Below, one piece after another: positions 45,279-55,109 of a stretch of DNA of 55,109 nucleotides. The notes under the pieces are model-generated. The model had not been told where the DNA came from. It was given only the letters and a program-made list of their open reading frames with translations, and searched no databases. Positions within the stretch are counted from its first letter, which is position 1, and the number at the start of each line of letters is the position of its first letter. The translations under genes and the position numbers were made by a program. Location: positions 1-55,109 of the forward strand of contig JASFLY010000019.1 of assembly GCA_050117845.1 (NCBI GenBank), given 5' to 3'. This DNA is from Candidatus Zixiibacteriota bacterium. Lineage in GTDB: Bacteria; RBG-13-66-14; B26-G2; WVWN01.

Positions 45279-48200
45279 TTGTTTAAACTTCTAAAAAAGG
45301 TATTCTTTCTCGCGCGCGACGCCGTCGTGATTTTCTTCAAGATCGCGTTGGTCTTCGTGCGTGCTTTGGGCATCTCCGTCGGCCTCATCGCCGTGGCGGG
45401 CGCGGTCCTGGTCTTCGCATTGTACGGCTCCGGGTATTTCCACAAACTAACGCGCTTCGCCATCGAGAAATACATGAGTGGGTACACCCGGACGGAGTGC
45501 CGCGTCGGCCGGGTGGAGGGAAGCCTCCTGACCGGCCTCGACATATACGATTTCGTCGTGGGGGACGGCCCCTCGCTCGAGCGCGACGGCCCCGCGCTCC
45601 TTATCGACGAGATCCACGTGCGCTACGATCCGATGCGCTTCGTGCGGCGCGACGTGACCATCGACAGCATCCATTGCGTGCGGCCGTGGCTGGTTCTGCG
45701 GGAGGACTCCAACGGCCGGCTAAACCTGGACCGCATCTTCGGCCCCAAGGGGCCGCCCCGGGGCAAGGGCGTATATTTCGTTATCGAGAACGTTTTTTTG
45801 GAAGACGCTTTTTTTAAAATGGAACTCAACAGCCCCCTAACCGAGTTCGCGCACGCCGACATCCGCTGCACCTTCACCAAAGCCCGGGGCGCCGTCTTCA
45901 TCGACCTCCGGCACTGCAGTTGCGAGATGCCGGAGTTCGGCCAGCGCATTCCGCACTTCGGCTCCGGGTCGCTCGCCATCAACTCGCGCCTCATGCATTT
46001 CGGCGGCGTCGACGTCGCGTCCCGCACCACCCACCTCTCGACTTACGGCACCATCAAGTTCGACCCCGACACCTACCTCGACCTCCGCTTTACCGGTGAC
46101 CCGTTCGACGTGGGCGAGGTGGGCCAGGGCGTCTTCGACGACCCGCCGGAGTTCTTCGGTTACGGCCGTTATTCGGGCACGCTGGAGGGGCCGCCCGATC
46201 ACCTGATGCAGAACGGTAGCCTGACTCTCATCCGCGGCCACCTCTACGGTTTCGAGCTCGAGAACGTCTTCGTCTATTACGATTTCGACATCGCCAATAA
46301 ACAGATCCGCGTCAACGGCTTCGAAGGCCGGATGAACGGCACGCCGACGTACGTGGCGATGACGATGGACCTCTCCGGCCCCAAGCCGGTATACTGGGGA
46401 GAGGCGCGCGTCCTGCGGATGAACCTCGCCGACTACCTTCACAGCACGTATTTCGAGACCGACGTGGATACCCGCATCAAGTTTTCGGGTGTCGGCCTCT
46501 CGTCGAAGGACTACGCTCTGGACGTAACGGCGACCCTGGGCGCGGGCAAACTCGGGCCGGTCCTGGTGGACGGGGCGAACGCGGACTTTACGTATACCAA
46601 CGGCCGGGCGGACATCGCCGGCCTCTTCCTCCGGCTCGACGGCGGCGACCTGCTTCTGAGCGGCCTGGGCGACCCGTCCGGGATGGACTTCGTTATTCGG
46701 GGCCGTGACGTCCCCATCGAGCGTTTCGGTGCCTCCGGCGACCTCAGCCGCCTGCGCGGCCTCGTATCCATAGAGGGCCGCATATCGGGGTCGTACGAGA
46801 CGCCGTCTTTCGAGGGCGGTGTCGTAATGAAGGACCTCGAGTACGACAAGTTCAAGGTCGGGACCGCCCGGGGCGAGGGTACATGGGAGAACTTTGGCGG
46901 CGACGCCGTAGCCGACCTGCATTTGATGGCGTGGAACGTTCAGGCGGGGCCGGTATACGCGGAGCGGGTACTCGGCGACCTCGCCATTGAGAACGGCGTT
47001 TACGCCGTGAGTAACGGCCGCATCGAGAGCGAGAAAGGGGGAGGCGCGTACTTCGACTTCGCCTACGACGAGGGCGCCGGCCGGCTGGATATAAGCCGGC
47101 TGGAGGTCAACCTCGGGGGCGTCCGGGCCGAGCTCGACGAGCCGCTGGTCGTCGCCCGCGAGGGACGAGGGTACGCGGTGACCGGCGGGTCGCTGAAGTA
47201 CTCCGGCGGCGAAGTCTCCGTGAGCGGCGTTTTCGACCCGGAAGGTTCGCTGGGCCTCGTGGCGGAGGCGCGGGGCGTGCCGCTCGGGGAGTTGCTCCCG
47301 CCGGACTGGGGGCCGAGTATCGGCGGCCGGCTGGACCGCATCCGCGTCGACGTCGGCGGGACGGCCGACGACCCCGCTTTTTACGCGAGCCTGGCAGCTT
47401 CCAATTTAACCGTGAACCGCCAACCCATCGACTACGTCCACGGCGAGGCGTCGTACGAGAATAAAAGGATTATCATCCCGGGCATCGTCGCGGGTCTTCT
47501 GGGCGGGACGGCCCGCGTAAGCGCCTACCTCCCGCTGTCCACGCTGACGGGCGAGGGTGAGGAGCCGGTCGACGTTACGCTGTGGTTTTCCCGGTTCAAG
47601 ATGGAAGCCCTCACCGGCCTTTACGACGAGGACCTGGTGGAGGACGGGTACCTCGACGGCGTCATCACCGTATCCGGGACCACCGGGTCGCCGGTGGTGG
47701 ACGGGAGTCTGCTCCTCAGCGAGTTGCGGTGGGGCGGCGTATACTTCGCCAAGGGGCGCGCCGACTTTGCGTACCGCGACGGCTACGTCGACATCCGCGA
47801 ACTCTCCCTCGCGGAGCGGACCCTCCCGAATTTGGTCATAACCGGCCGTCTGCCGTTCTCGCCCGACCCCGAGGACGAGGCCAATCCCTTGGCCGAGATG
47901 GACGTCACCGCGGAATTCATCGACCTCGACCTGCGGGCCGTTAATCCGGTTACGGACGAGGTCCTCATTACCGACGGGAAGGTTCGGGGGAAGCTTACGC
48001 TCGGCGGCACTTACGACGAGCCGGACCTGACGGGCCGCATCATGGTCATCGACGGGGCGGGCACCATTCGTTCCCTCCGGTCCTCCTTTTCGGAGTTGAC
48101 GGGCGCCGTCGAGGCCCGGGCCGACCGCGTGGTCGCGATGCCGGACGCGCCGTTGACCTTCAGCATGGACGAGGGGCGGGGCCGGGTGTGGGGAGGCGTA

Positions 48201-49220
48201 GCCTTCGATCGCTTCACGCCGACCGAACTCGACCTGACGATAGACCTCGAGGACTACGTCATCCGGGCCATTTCCGGCGTGCAGGCGAAGGGCGACATCC
48301 GGGCGAATATCGCGGGGCCGATAGATAACCTCCAGGCGGTGGCGGAAGTCAACCTCACCGGCGGCCTTATTACCATGGAGCTGGGCGAGGAGTCGCCGGG
48401 CGGCGGCGAGAGCGCGGCCGGTGGCCTCGACTACGAGATCCGCGTGCTGGCACCCGGGAACCTTTGGCTGCGGAACAAGGACGCCGAAATCGAGCTCGAG
48501 GCCGACGTTACCATACGCCGCATCGGCGGCCGGACGTCTTATACCGGCACGCTCGAGGCGCGCCGGGGCTATTACTATTTCCTCCAGCGGGACTTCGCGG
48601 TCGAGCAGGCCGAGGTAGTCTTCACCGGCACCGAGGAATTGGACCCGGTCATCAACTTGCGCGCGCGGCGGGACATCCGGGCCTCCCGGGCCGGGAACTC
48701 CGACGCCGTCGTCTACATCGACGTTACCGGGACGCTCCGCGAACCGGAACTGAATCTCACGTACGAGGTGGTATCGGGGCCGCCGGTGGGCTTGACACAG
48801 GAGGAGATCACGCGGGTGTTGGCGCTCGACGTGACCTGGGACGACCTCGAGGACCTGTCCTCCGGCGAACTTGCCTCCAAGGGCTCGAGCGACTACGTGC
48901 GGCATTACGCCGAAGCGGAGGTGGCCCGGATCTTCCGCCGCGGGACCGGCGTGGACGTCTTCGAATTCGACGCCAACGTCTTCAGCGGGGCGGAGGAAAA
49001 CCCGTACGCCGAGGTCACGGTGGGCCAGCATCTGACGCCTGACATATTCGTCTCATATACCGGGAGATATCGGGAGTACGCCGGGGGCTCGCACGAACTC
49101 GAACACGCCGCCGAAGTGGATTACGAATTCCAGAAGGATTTATACCTCGTCGGCAGTACGTACGACGACGATAACGAACAACGGTACGGCCTCGGCATCC
49201 GTTTTATCCATAAGTATTAA
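45279..49220 (+). CDS. tamB: Translocation/assembly module TamB family protein
   Basis: N-terminal TM, GSLLTGL, a long beta-taco region and a C-terminal DUF490-like domain (DPVINLRA...VTGTLREP). Start is uncertain (TTG 45279). Confidence 0.82.
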   Translation: MFKLLKKVFFLARDAVVIFFKIALVFVRALGISVGLIAVAGAVLVFALYGSGYFHKLTRFAIEKYMSGYTRTECRVGRVEGSLLTGLDIYDFVVGDGPSLERDGPALLIDEIHVRYDPMRFVRRDVTIDSIHCVRPWLVLREDSNGRLNLDRIFGPKGPPRGKGVYFVIENVFLEDAFFKMELNSPLTEFAHADIRCTFTKARGAVFIDLRHCSCEMPEFGQRIPHFGSGSLAINSRLMHFGGVDVASRTTHLSTYGTIKFDPDTYLDLRFTGDPFDVGEVGQGVFDDPPEFFGYGRYSGTLEGPPDHLMQNGSLTLIRGHLYGFELENVFVYYDFDIANKQIRVNGFEGRMNGTPTYVAMTMDLSGPKPVYWGEARVLRMNLADYLHSTYFETDVDTRIKFSGVGLSSKDYALDVTATLGAGKLGPVLVDGANADFTYTNGRADIAGLFLRLDGGDLLLSGLGDPSGMDFVIRGRDVPIERFGASGDLSRLRGLVSIEGRISGSYETPSFEGGVVMKDLEYDKFKVGTARGEGTWENFGGDAVADLHLMAWNVQAGPVYAERVLGDLAIENGVYAVSNGRIESEKGGGAYFDFAYDEGAGRLDISRLEVNLGGVRAELDEPLVVAREGRGYAVTGGSLKYSGGEVSVSGVFDPEGSLGLVAEARGVPLGELLPPDWGPSIGGRLDRIRVDVGGTADDPAFYASLAASNLTVNRQPIDYVHGEASYENKRIIIPGIVAGLLGGTARVSAYLPLSTLTGEGEEPVDVTLWFSRFKMEALTGLYDEDLVEDGYLDGVITVSGTTGSPVVDGSLLLSELRWGGVYFAKGRADFAYRDGYVDIRELSLAERTLPNLVITGRLPFSPDPEDEANPLAEMDVTAEFIDLDLRAVNPVTDEVLITDGKVRGKLTLGGTYDEPDLTGRIMVIDGAGTIRSLRSSFSELTGAVEARADRVVAMPDAPLTFSMDEGRGRVWGGVAFDRFTPTELDLTIDLEDYVIRAISGVQAKGDIRANIAGPIDNLQAVAEVNLTGGLITMELGEESPGGGESAAGGLDYEIRVLAPGNLWLRNKDAEIELEADVTIRRIGGRTSYTGTLEARRGYYYFLQRDFAVEQAEVVFTGTEELDPVINLRARRDIRASRAGNSDAVVYIDVTGTLREPELNLTYEVVSGPPVGLTQEEITRVLALDVTWDDLEDLSSGELASKGSSDYVRHYAEAEVARIFRRGTGVDVFEFDANVFSGAEENPYAEVTVGQHLTPDIFVSYTGRYREYAGGSHELEHAAEVDYEFQKDLYLVGSTYDDDNEQRYGLGIRFIHKY

Positions 49221-49237
49221 CCTTTGGGAGCGAAGCG

Positions 49238-49402
49238 ATGGTAGACAAGGAACTCCTGGAAATCCTCGCCTGCCCGGATTGCAAGGGCGAGGTGGAGTAC
49301 GACGAAGCGAATCAGAAGATAATATGTTGCAAGTGCGGCCTGAAGTACCCGGTTCGCGACGGCATCCCGGTGATGCTGGTGGAGGAGGCCGAGCGCGACT
49401 AG
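49238..49402 (+). CDS. Trm112 (YcaR/UPF0434) family protein
   Basis: Manual translation [54 protein letters not shown] (54 aa, not in the ORF track). Confidence 0.9.
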   Translation: MVDKELLEILACPDCKGEVEYDEANQKIICCKCGLKYPVRDGIPVMLVEEAERD

Positions 49403-49430
49403 GGACGACGCGCCCGCGTAGACTTAAAAG

Positions 49431-49460
49431 AAAACGCCCGGCTTCGCGCCGGGCGTTTTA
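49431..49460. terminator. Bidirectional terminator
   Basis: AAAACGCCCGGC-TTCGC-GCCGGGCGTTTT. Confidence 0.8.
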
Positions 49461-49480
49461 ATTGCGTTCAGTAGCCGCCG

Positions 49481-50011
49481 TCATTTTTCGGCGCTCGGCG
49501 CCGGCGAAGCTTCGTGGGCCGGAGGGACCTGGAGCTGGCGTTCCTGGACCAGGCGCCGGAGGTTGCGGTTGAACTGGTGTTCGAAGAGGAGGAGTTTGGC
49601 GTATTGCTCGGGAGACAGGAGGAAGCGGAATTCCGCGCGCAGGCGTTCCTCGGAGCCGCGGCTCTCGGCGTCGACGGCGTCGACGTCGTCGAGGATTTCG
49701 GAGAGCGACCGGACGCCGGATTGGTTGACCATCGCCGTCCGCAGTTCTTCCATTAAAGCCTGCCGCCGTTCCCGGTAGCGCCAGCGGACCTCTTCCCACC
49801 GGTTGTAGACGTCGAGGAAGTCCTCCTCCGCATCGTCGCTCAACTCGAGTACGTCGACGACTTTTTTCTGCTTGAGTTCGTTTATGGCGGCCCGCACGTC
49901 GTCGACGTTGGTTTGGTCCTCGTCCTCGGCCTCCTGGGCGCACGCGGGCGCCACGAGAGCCGCGGCGAGACAAAGCGCAAGTAGGGTATTGGCGAAAATC
50001 CTTGTTTTCAT
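49481..50011 (-). CDS. Periplasmic Spy/CpxP-like helical protein
   Basis: Signal peptide; LELSDD...F and LSPEQYAKL (LTxxQ-like) motifs; third gene of an ECF operon. Confidence 0.65.
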   Translation of the reverse strand: MKTRIFANTLLALCLAAALVAPACAQEAEDEDQTNVDDVRAAINELKQKKVVDVLELSDDAEEDFLDVYNRWEEVRWRYRERRQALMEELRTAMVNQSGVRSLSEILDDVDAVDAESRGSEERLRAEFRFLLSPEQYAKLLLFEHQFNRNLRRLVQERQLQVPPAHEASPAPSAEK

Positions 50012-50040
50012 TTTTTTATCCCCTGTGCCGCGCCCGGCCT

Positions 50041-51219
50041 TTAGTGGCTATAGCTGGCGCTGCCGGCCTCGGCCTCGGTTTCGGCCTTGGCTGCTTCCTC
50101 CGCTTCGTAGCGCAGCCGGCTGAGTAGCGTTTCCTGCTCCTCGACCGGGAGTTCGTAGAAATAAGCCATAAGCGACCCGTTCGGCGTCACATAGTCCACC
50201 AGCGCGGCGCCCTCCGCGGCCGTGAGGCGCGAGACGTCCGTTTCGAAGCGTACATCCATGTAGCTTTCCACGTCGGCCGTGGCGTAGATTTTACCTTCCA
50301 GCCGGGAGCGGCCGGGAGTCGCACCCGCGCCCGCCGTCACCGTCAGGGCCGTCATTTCTTCCATGCCGCGTACGCGGCCTCCCGCGCCCCGGCCGCCCAT
50401 GAACGACATCCCGCCGGTCGCTTCGTCCGCGGCGGCTATCTCTTCCGCCATCAGCTTGTCGAAGTCGTCGTAGCCGCTCTCCATCGGTTCGGACGCGGTG
50501 GCCCGCCCCGCGGCGCCGAATCCCGGACCCCTTCCCGCCGGCTTCTTGCGTTCGAGCGCCGGCGACGGCGTCGCGAGATCTCCGACCGGTTCGTCCGGAA
50601 GGGCGGCTTCGCGCACACCCTCGGCGGGAGAAACGGCTTCCGTTTCTTCCCTGGCCGTTCCGCCGGTATCCCTGGCGGCGACGGTTCCGGTCGCCGGAGC
50701 CATTTTTCCCGGCGCCGGCGTGAGGGACGGCGCCGACGCGTTGGGCAACCATACCTCGACGTACAACACCGTCGCGACGACCGCGAGCGTGGCCGCGGCC
50801 GCGACCGATACGAAGGCCGGTTTTCGCAGCCAATCCCAGATCCAACCCCGCGCTTTTTCGCGGCGCGGCTCGGCCTCGGGCCGGCGCGTTATTTCGGGCG
50901 CCGTCTCGACCGGTGCAACGGCTTCGGGCTCGGGTGTCGCTTCGACGGGTGTTTCCACCCAGCCGATGCCGACTTCCTCGCGCAGCGTCTCATCCAGCGT
51001 CGCCGCGAAGGAGGCCTCCGGCCCCGCCGGCTCGAATTCGCCCAGGAGGGCGTACATCTTTTGAGTCTTGGCGAGGGCGTTACGGCAGCGACGACACTGT
51101 TTGAGGTGGCGTTCCAGCCGGACCCGGTCGCGTTCCTCTATAATCCCCAGGGCGTATTCGCCGAGTAGTATCTGCCAGTTAGGGCACTGGGTTTTTTTAT
51201 TTTTATTTGTGGTAGCCAT
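50041..51219 (-). CDS. Zinc-finger (zf-HC2) anti-sigma factor with TM helix
   Basis: HLKQCRRC (HxxxCxxC), a single TM, and position downstream of the ECF sigma. Confidence 0.82.
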   Translation of the reverse strand: MATTNKNKKTQCPNWQILLGEYALGIIEERDRVRLERHLKQCRRCRNALAKTQKMYALLGEFEPAGPEASFAATLDETLREEVGIGWVETPVEATPEPEAVAPVETAPEITRRPEAEPRREKARGWIWDWLRKPAFVSVAAAATLAVVATVLYVEVWLPNASAPSLTPAPGKMAPATGTVAARDTGGTAREETEAVSPAEGVREAALPDEPVGDLATPSPALERKKPAGRGPGFGAAGRATASEPMESGYDDFDKLMAEEIAAADEATGGMSFMGGRGAGGRVRGMEEMTALTVTAGAGATPGRSRLEGKIYATADVESYMDVRFETDVSRLTAAEGAALVDYVTPNGSLMAYFYELPVEEQETLLSRLRYEAEEAAKAETEAEAGSASYSH

Positions 51220-51233
51220 TTTTTGTTCCTACT

Positions 51234-51815
51234 TTACGTTAGGTACGTTTTTAAAGCCCCTTTCAGTTTTTGCACGGCGTGGAAAAAATTCGCCTTGATA
51301 GCCCCTTCGGAAACGCCGAGGATTTCGGCGATTTCGCGATGGGTCATTTGTTCGAAGTAGTGTAACATAAATACTTCCCGTTGGCGGGGGGGCAGGTTCT
51401 GGACGGCCTCGTCGATGGCGGCGCCCAACTCGGTGTTGGCGGCGTTTTCGGCCGGAGTTAAACCTTTCGCCTGTATCACGGGCGCCACATCCTCGAAATC
51501 GACCGTTCCCGCCCGTTTCCCGCGCCGCAGATGGTTGTGGGCCGTATTGACCGTTATCCGGTAGAGCCAGGTGTAAATGCTGGAGTCGCCTCGAAAACCT
51601 TTTAAATTCTTGTACGCTTTGACGAAAGCTTCCTGCACTATGTCTTCTGCGGCGGCGCGGTTTTTCACTATTCCCAATGCGAGGCCGAAGAGGCGGTCGC
51701 GGTAAGTTTCCACGATGATTCCGAACGCGTCGTCGTCGCCTTTTTTGGCACGCTGAACGGTTTCGCCGTCTACCACGGCTTTTTGGCTCTTCCCGCCGTT
51801 AATATTGGACGCCAT
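51234..51815 (-). CDS. ECF sigma-70 factor (RpoE/SigW-like)
   Basis: AEDIVQEAFVKAY, TWLYRITVN and LPPRQREVF...EIAEILGVSEG. Confidence 0.93.
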   Translation of the reverse strand: MASNINGGKSQKAVVDGETVQRAKKGDDDAFGIIVETYRDRLFGLALGIVKNRAAAEDIVQEAFVKAYKNLKGFRGDSSIYTWLYRITVNTAHNHLRRGKRAGTVDFEDVAPVIQAKGLTPAENAANTELGAAIDEAVQNLPPRQREVFMLHYFEQMTHREIAEILGVSEGAIKANFFHAVQKLKGALKTYLT

Positions 51816-51830
51816 AATGGCCCGAAAAGT

Positions 51831-53450
51831 TTAGTCCCCTAGGTAGTCGATGTTATATATGATTAACTTGGGATATGCGATCGCCGTAACGCTTAACCAT
51901 TGTCGGCGGCTAAGGTTCAGGGACCACGATTTGATGAATTCGAGCCTTATAGTCTTGCCTTCGGCGGCGTACAGGCCCATCCGGCTGGCCAAAGGTACGA
52001 TTTGATTCGTCTCGGCCTCCATCATGGCCAGATAATGCGCGTCCCTCTTTTTCAAGTACCGGTCCATCGTGGCGGTGCGGAGGTATTTCTCGGCCTCGGG
52101 GTCGAGTAGGCCGCCCATGTCGACGATATAGTGGTCGGCGTAGTAGCCGAATATGCCGATATCGAACGCGGCCACCCGCGTCCCCTCGGGCACGTTTTCG
52201 GCCACCCATTTCCCGGCGGCCTCGTGGACCGTCGTAATGTGGTGGACGTTGTCCGAGTACATCGACCGCCATTGGATGTACGAACCCGTGGCGCCCACGA
52301 AAGCCGCGACCAGGAAAGCGTAAGGGATAATCTTAAATCCTTTCTCCTTGACCCACCCGAGCAGGAGGAAGGCGCCGTAGACTATGGCGACCGCGAACAG
52401 CGCGAAATTGATGCCCTGGTAGCGGCCGGCGGTTCCGAAGTTCGGCAAAAGGAAAGCGTAAACGCCGGTGTGCAGGAACACCCACACTATGAAAAAGGCG
52501 AACCCGGCCGGAAGCCGGCGGCGTATCATCTGGATTACGGCGCCCCAGAGGCCGAGTTGGGCCAGCGTAACCGGGTCCGTGAAAACCTTCATCGCGTTCG
52601 ACAGGTCGTGCTGCCCCAGCATCCAGACCTGGAGGTATCGGAACCAGTAGAAGGCCATCATCGGCGGCCCGGTCCACATTATCTTCGTCTCCGGCGTAAC
52701 CGTACCCAGGTAGAGCCAGTGCCGGCCGTAATAGGTCGTGGGGAAGGGGAGTCCCGTTACGATCCAATTATGGATAACGAACGGCGAGATGATGAGGAGG
52801 GGCATAACCACGTAGCCGACGAGTTCGCCCGCCAACGGCCGCCTTTTGTCCCGCCAGAGTCTGAACACCCACCACGCGAAGAGCAGAATGACCAAAAGGC
52901 CGCCCTCCGGCCTTATGGGAACGGCCATCGCCGCCGCGAAACCGGCCAGGGCATGCCGCCGGTGGCTCCAGGCCGCCGCCGTCAACGTCCCCATCGCGAA
53001 GAACAGCGAGGTTTCCATGCCCGACAACGCGTACCATATGACGGGCCCGAACAGCGAGAGCAGGCACGCCGGCCCCGCCGCCCACCACCGGGAGCGGTCC
53101 GGCCATATGCCCGTGCCCAACCAGAAAAGCGCCCCCACCCAGAGGACGTGGCTGGCGACGTTGACCGCCACGGCCGCCACGCGCGGCGGCAGGTGGAAGA
53201 AGTAGGTCTCGCTCAAAAGGAGCGTCCACAGCGGCGCCGTTACGCCGGTCGACCGTTCGCCGGGGTTGTATTCGAAACGGCCTTCCCGGGCCAGGTTGCG
53301 GGCGAACACCTGGTGGATCCAGGCGTCGTCGGAGGGCATGTTCAAACCCTCGTCCGGGATTACGGTCGCGAGCCAGAGGGCTGGGGCAAGGACGCCCAGG
53401 ACCAACGTGATTATCAACGGAAGTTTGGTGTTCTCGAGTAGTTTTTTCAT
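51831..53450 (-). CDS. GT-C fold membrane glycosyltransferase-like protein
   Basis: DDAWIH...ARNL first-loop acidic motif, SGMET, RPEG and C-terminal DIG-x-x-GY...DMGGL; about 11 TMs. Confidence 0.75.
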   Translation of the reverse strand: MKKLLENTKLPLIITLVLGVLAPALWLATVIPDEGLNMPSDDAWIHQVFARNLAREGRFEYNPGERSTGVTAPLWTLLLSETYFFHLPPRVAAVAVNVASHVLWVGALFWLGTGIWPDRSRWWAAGPACLLSLFGPVIWYALSGMETSLFFAMGTLTAAAWSHRRHALAGFAAAMAVPIRPEGGLLVILLFAWWVFRLWRDKRRPLAGELVGYVVMPLLIISPFVIHNWIVTGLPFPTTYYGRHWLYLGTVTPETKIMWTGPPMMAFYWFRYLQVWMLGQHDLSNAMKVFTDPVTLAQLGLWGAVIQMIRRRLPAGFAFFIVWVFLHTGVYAFLLPNFGTAGRYQGINFALFAVAIVYGAFLLLGWVKEKGFKIIPYAFLVAAFVGATGSYIQWRSMYSDNVHHITTVHEAAGKWVAENVPEGTRVAAFDIGIFGYYADHYIVDMGGLLDPEAEKYLRTATMDRYLKKRDAHYLAMMEAETNQIVPLASRMGLYAAEGKTIRLEFIKSWSLNLSRRQWLSVTAIAYPKLIIYNIDYLGD

Positions 53451-53468
53451 ATTTATCGAAGGGGTTAT

Positions 53469-55109
53469 TTAGCGGGGGGAGGCCAGTTCCGCGGCGAAGC
53501 GTTCCAGTTTTTCGCGTTGCGCAAGGTTTCTTATGTCCGGTTGGTTCGGGTACGCTTCCAGCGAGGCGTTGAAGGCGGCTTCCGCGCCGTCGACGTCGCC
53601 CGCGGTGAGGTGCGCCACGGCCTTATTGGAGTATATCTGGGCGTAATGGTAACGCAGGGAATCGTCCCCTACTCCCTTGCGCGGGAAGGCCGCCAGGGCC
53701 TGGTCGTAATACGGTATGGCCTTTTCCGGATAACCGTGGGTTATGTATATATTGGCTATCTCGGCCAGCGATTCGGTCATCCCCTGGGCCAGGGGGGTCG
53801 CCTCGTCCAGCGTGGCGAAGGCTTTATCCTCGTCCCCGGCCAGGAGATAATCCCGGGCCAGCATGGTTTTATATTTACACAGCGCGTCCCGCACCCACTC
53901 CTGGGATAGGTATAACGGCGAGTCGGCGCGCGCCTGCACTTCCTCGGCCCCGCGCATCGAGTAACGCCCCCATACCGGCCGTACGGGCCGGGGGTCGAGC
54001 GGCGGCCTCGTCACCCGGTATAACATCCCTGCGGGGTCCAACGTATAACCGTAGTCTAAGACGTTTTGCCGGTAAATACTATAATAAACGTCCTTATTGC
54101 TGGGGGTATTAATAATATCCGTCTCGAACTGCCGTTCCCATCTGCTGGCGGCGATCGGGTCGCCGGAATGCAGGCGTCCCACGGAGAAGAGGACGTACTC
54201 TCGATAAACGCTGCCGGTCCCGTCTATAAAGACGTGGTCCGGCCTGTACCCTTCCACTTTTTTAAGATACGCGGTCTCGAACGTGCCCAGCGAGCCCCGT
54301 TCGAACATGATATTGATTCCGCGATACGCGATGGTCCTAAGGAAATTGGCCCCGAAGTCCTCGGCGAAGTAGAAGTTATGCTTATAATTCCAGGAAAAGT
54401 TGAGGGCGAGCGGCAAGGCCGCGACTACGACGGCCCCGGCGTACCCGACGCCCCGCACCCACCGCCGGCCGTGCACCGTCAGCGTGAAGACGGCCAGGCC
54501 GATGAAAAGCGTCGCCAACATGAAGAACGGGATATACCATACGTTTATTTCGCCTATCTGATGTCCCTGTAGGAGAAGGACCAGAAAGGCCGTCGACACC
54601 GGGCCGGTTAGCAGCAACAGGACGGATAGGAAGCGCCAGGGCCGGCCTCGGATTATGCCGAGCACCAGGCCGCCGACGATGGCCGCCACCGCCGCCGGCG
54701 CGAAGTACCGCCATACGAACTTGCCGAGCTCCAGGAGGTGAAATGGGAGGAACTGCAGCCGCACCGCCGAGGGGCCGCCGTACATCCGGCGCGTGATGTG
54801 CGCGTAAGCCGCCGGCAGGGTTCGCGGGTCCCCCCAGTCGATGGCCGGCCCCTGCACCGCCCGCAGGGGCAGGTACAGGTAAACCATGAATCCCAGGGCG
54901 ATAAGCGAGAGTCCCAAAAAGAGGGAACGGTAACTCGGGAACTTGCGGAACCGCCAGATTAAGTAAATCGTCACCGGGATGGTGATTAGCGTGGACGACG
55001 TGTGGGCCCCCAGGGCCAGGCCGCCGACGAAGGCCGCCAGGTATCCCCATCGGGGGTCCTTCGAGCGGACGAAGTTGAAGGCGGCGTAGAGCACCGTCGC
55101 CAGCATTAA
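53469..55109 (-). CDS. DUF2723 (TMEM260-like) GT-C membrane protein with C-terminal TPRs, 5' end outside window
   Basis: GLALGAH, YLYLPLRA...IDWGDP, Y...VEGYRPD and TPR repeats. Confidence 0.78.
   Translation of the reverse strand, partial: LMLATVLYAAFNFVRSKDPRWGYLAAFVGGLALGAHTSSTLITIPVTIYLIWRFRKFPSYRSLFLGLSLIALGFMVYLYLPLRAVQGPAIDWGDPRTLPAAYAHITRRMYGGPSAVRLQFLPFHLLELGKFVWRYFAPAAVAAIVGGLVLGIIRGRPWRFLSVLLLLTGPVSTAFLVLLLQGHQIGEINVWYIPFFMLATLFIGLAVFTLTVHGRRWVRGVGYAGAVVVAALPLALNFSWNYKHNFYFAEDFGANFLRTIAYRGINIMFERGSLGTFETAYLKKVEGYRPDHVFIDGTGSVYREYVLFSVGRLHSGDPIAASRWERQFETDIINTPSNKDVYYSIYRQNVLDYGYTLDPAGMLYRVTRPPLDPRPVRPVWGRYSMRGAEEVQARADSPLYLSQEWVRDALCKYKTMLARDYLLAGDEDKAFATLDEATPLAQGMTESLAEIANIYITHGYPEKAIPYYDQALAAFPRKGVGDDSLRYHYAQIYSNKAVAHLTAGDVDGAEAAFNASLEAYPNQPDIRNLAQREKLERFAAELASPR

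Overview
A 55-kb, GC-rich window from a diderm bacterium (TamA/TamB, a GT9 LPS-type glycosyltransferase, Tat and lipoprotein signals, ispF, consensus sigma70 promoters), probably from a poorly characterised lineage. Main blocks: (1) 3.1-14.9 kb is a long + strand operon joining an archaeal-type HMG-CoA synthase/thiolase/DUF35 trio to leucine-catabolism-like genes (MCC subunits, methylglutaconyl-CoA hydratase, two acyl-CoA dehydrogenases). It has no HMG-CoA lyase or reductase, is interleaved with AT-richer nuclease/HEPN genes, and is followed by an MNT-HEPN pair flanked by a 110-bp direct repeat. (2) 15.9-30 kb is a sulfur-related region: cysC coupled to a PHP phosphatase, three AlkP-superfamily paralogs (cytoplasmic, membrane-anchored, Tat-exported), a small RHH protein, a DUF106/EMC3-like membrane protein, two TauE exporters and an Rrf2 regulator. 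CysC and the RHH protein share a C-terminal EE-x-[RK]KRL-x-x-LGY tail. This is my best candidate for an undescribed system, a possible trans-envelope sulfuryl relay (inference). (3) Three secreted proteins of two unrelated folds share a C-terminal V-x-P-x-S-x-G-[RK]-V-K-A-[LI]-F motif, a candidate sorting signal. (4) Housekeeping and envelope genes: cyclophilins, mazG, birA, ispF, archease, tamAB, Trm112, ECF sigma/anti-sigma, GT-C transferases. Also present: REP-like palindrome clusters, a paralog split by an amber codon, and a candidate ncRNA bounded by a promoter and a terminator. No rRNA, tRNA, CRISPR array or transposase was recognised. All family assignments come from motif recognition by eye, not database searches.
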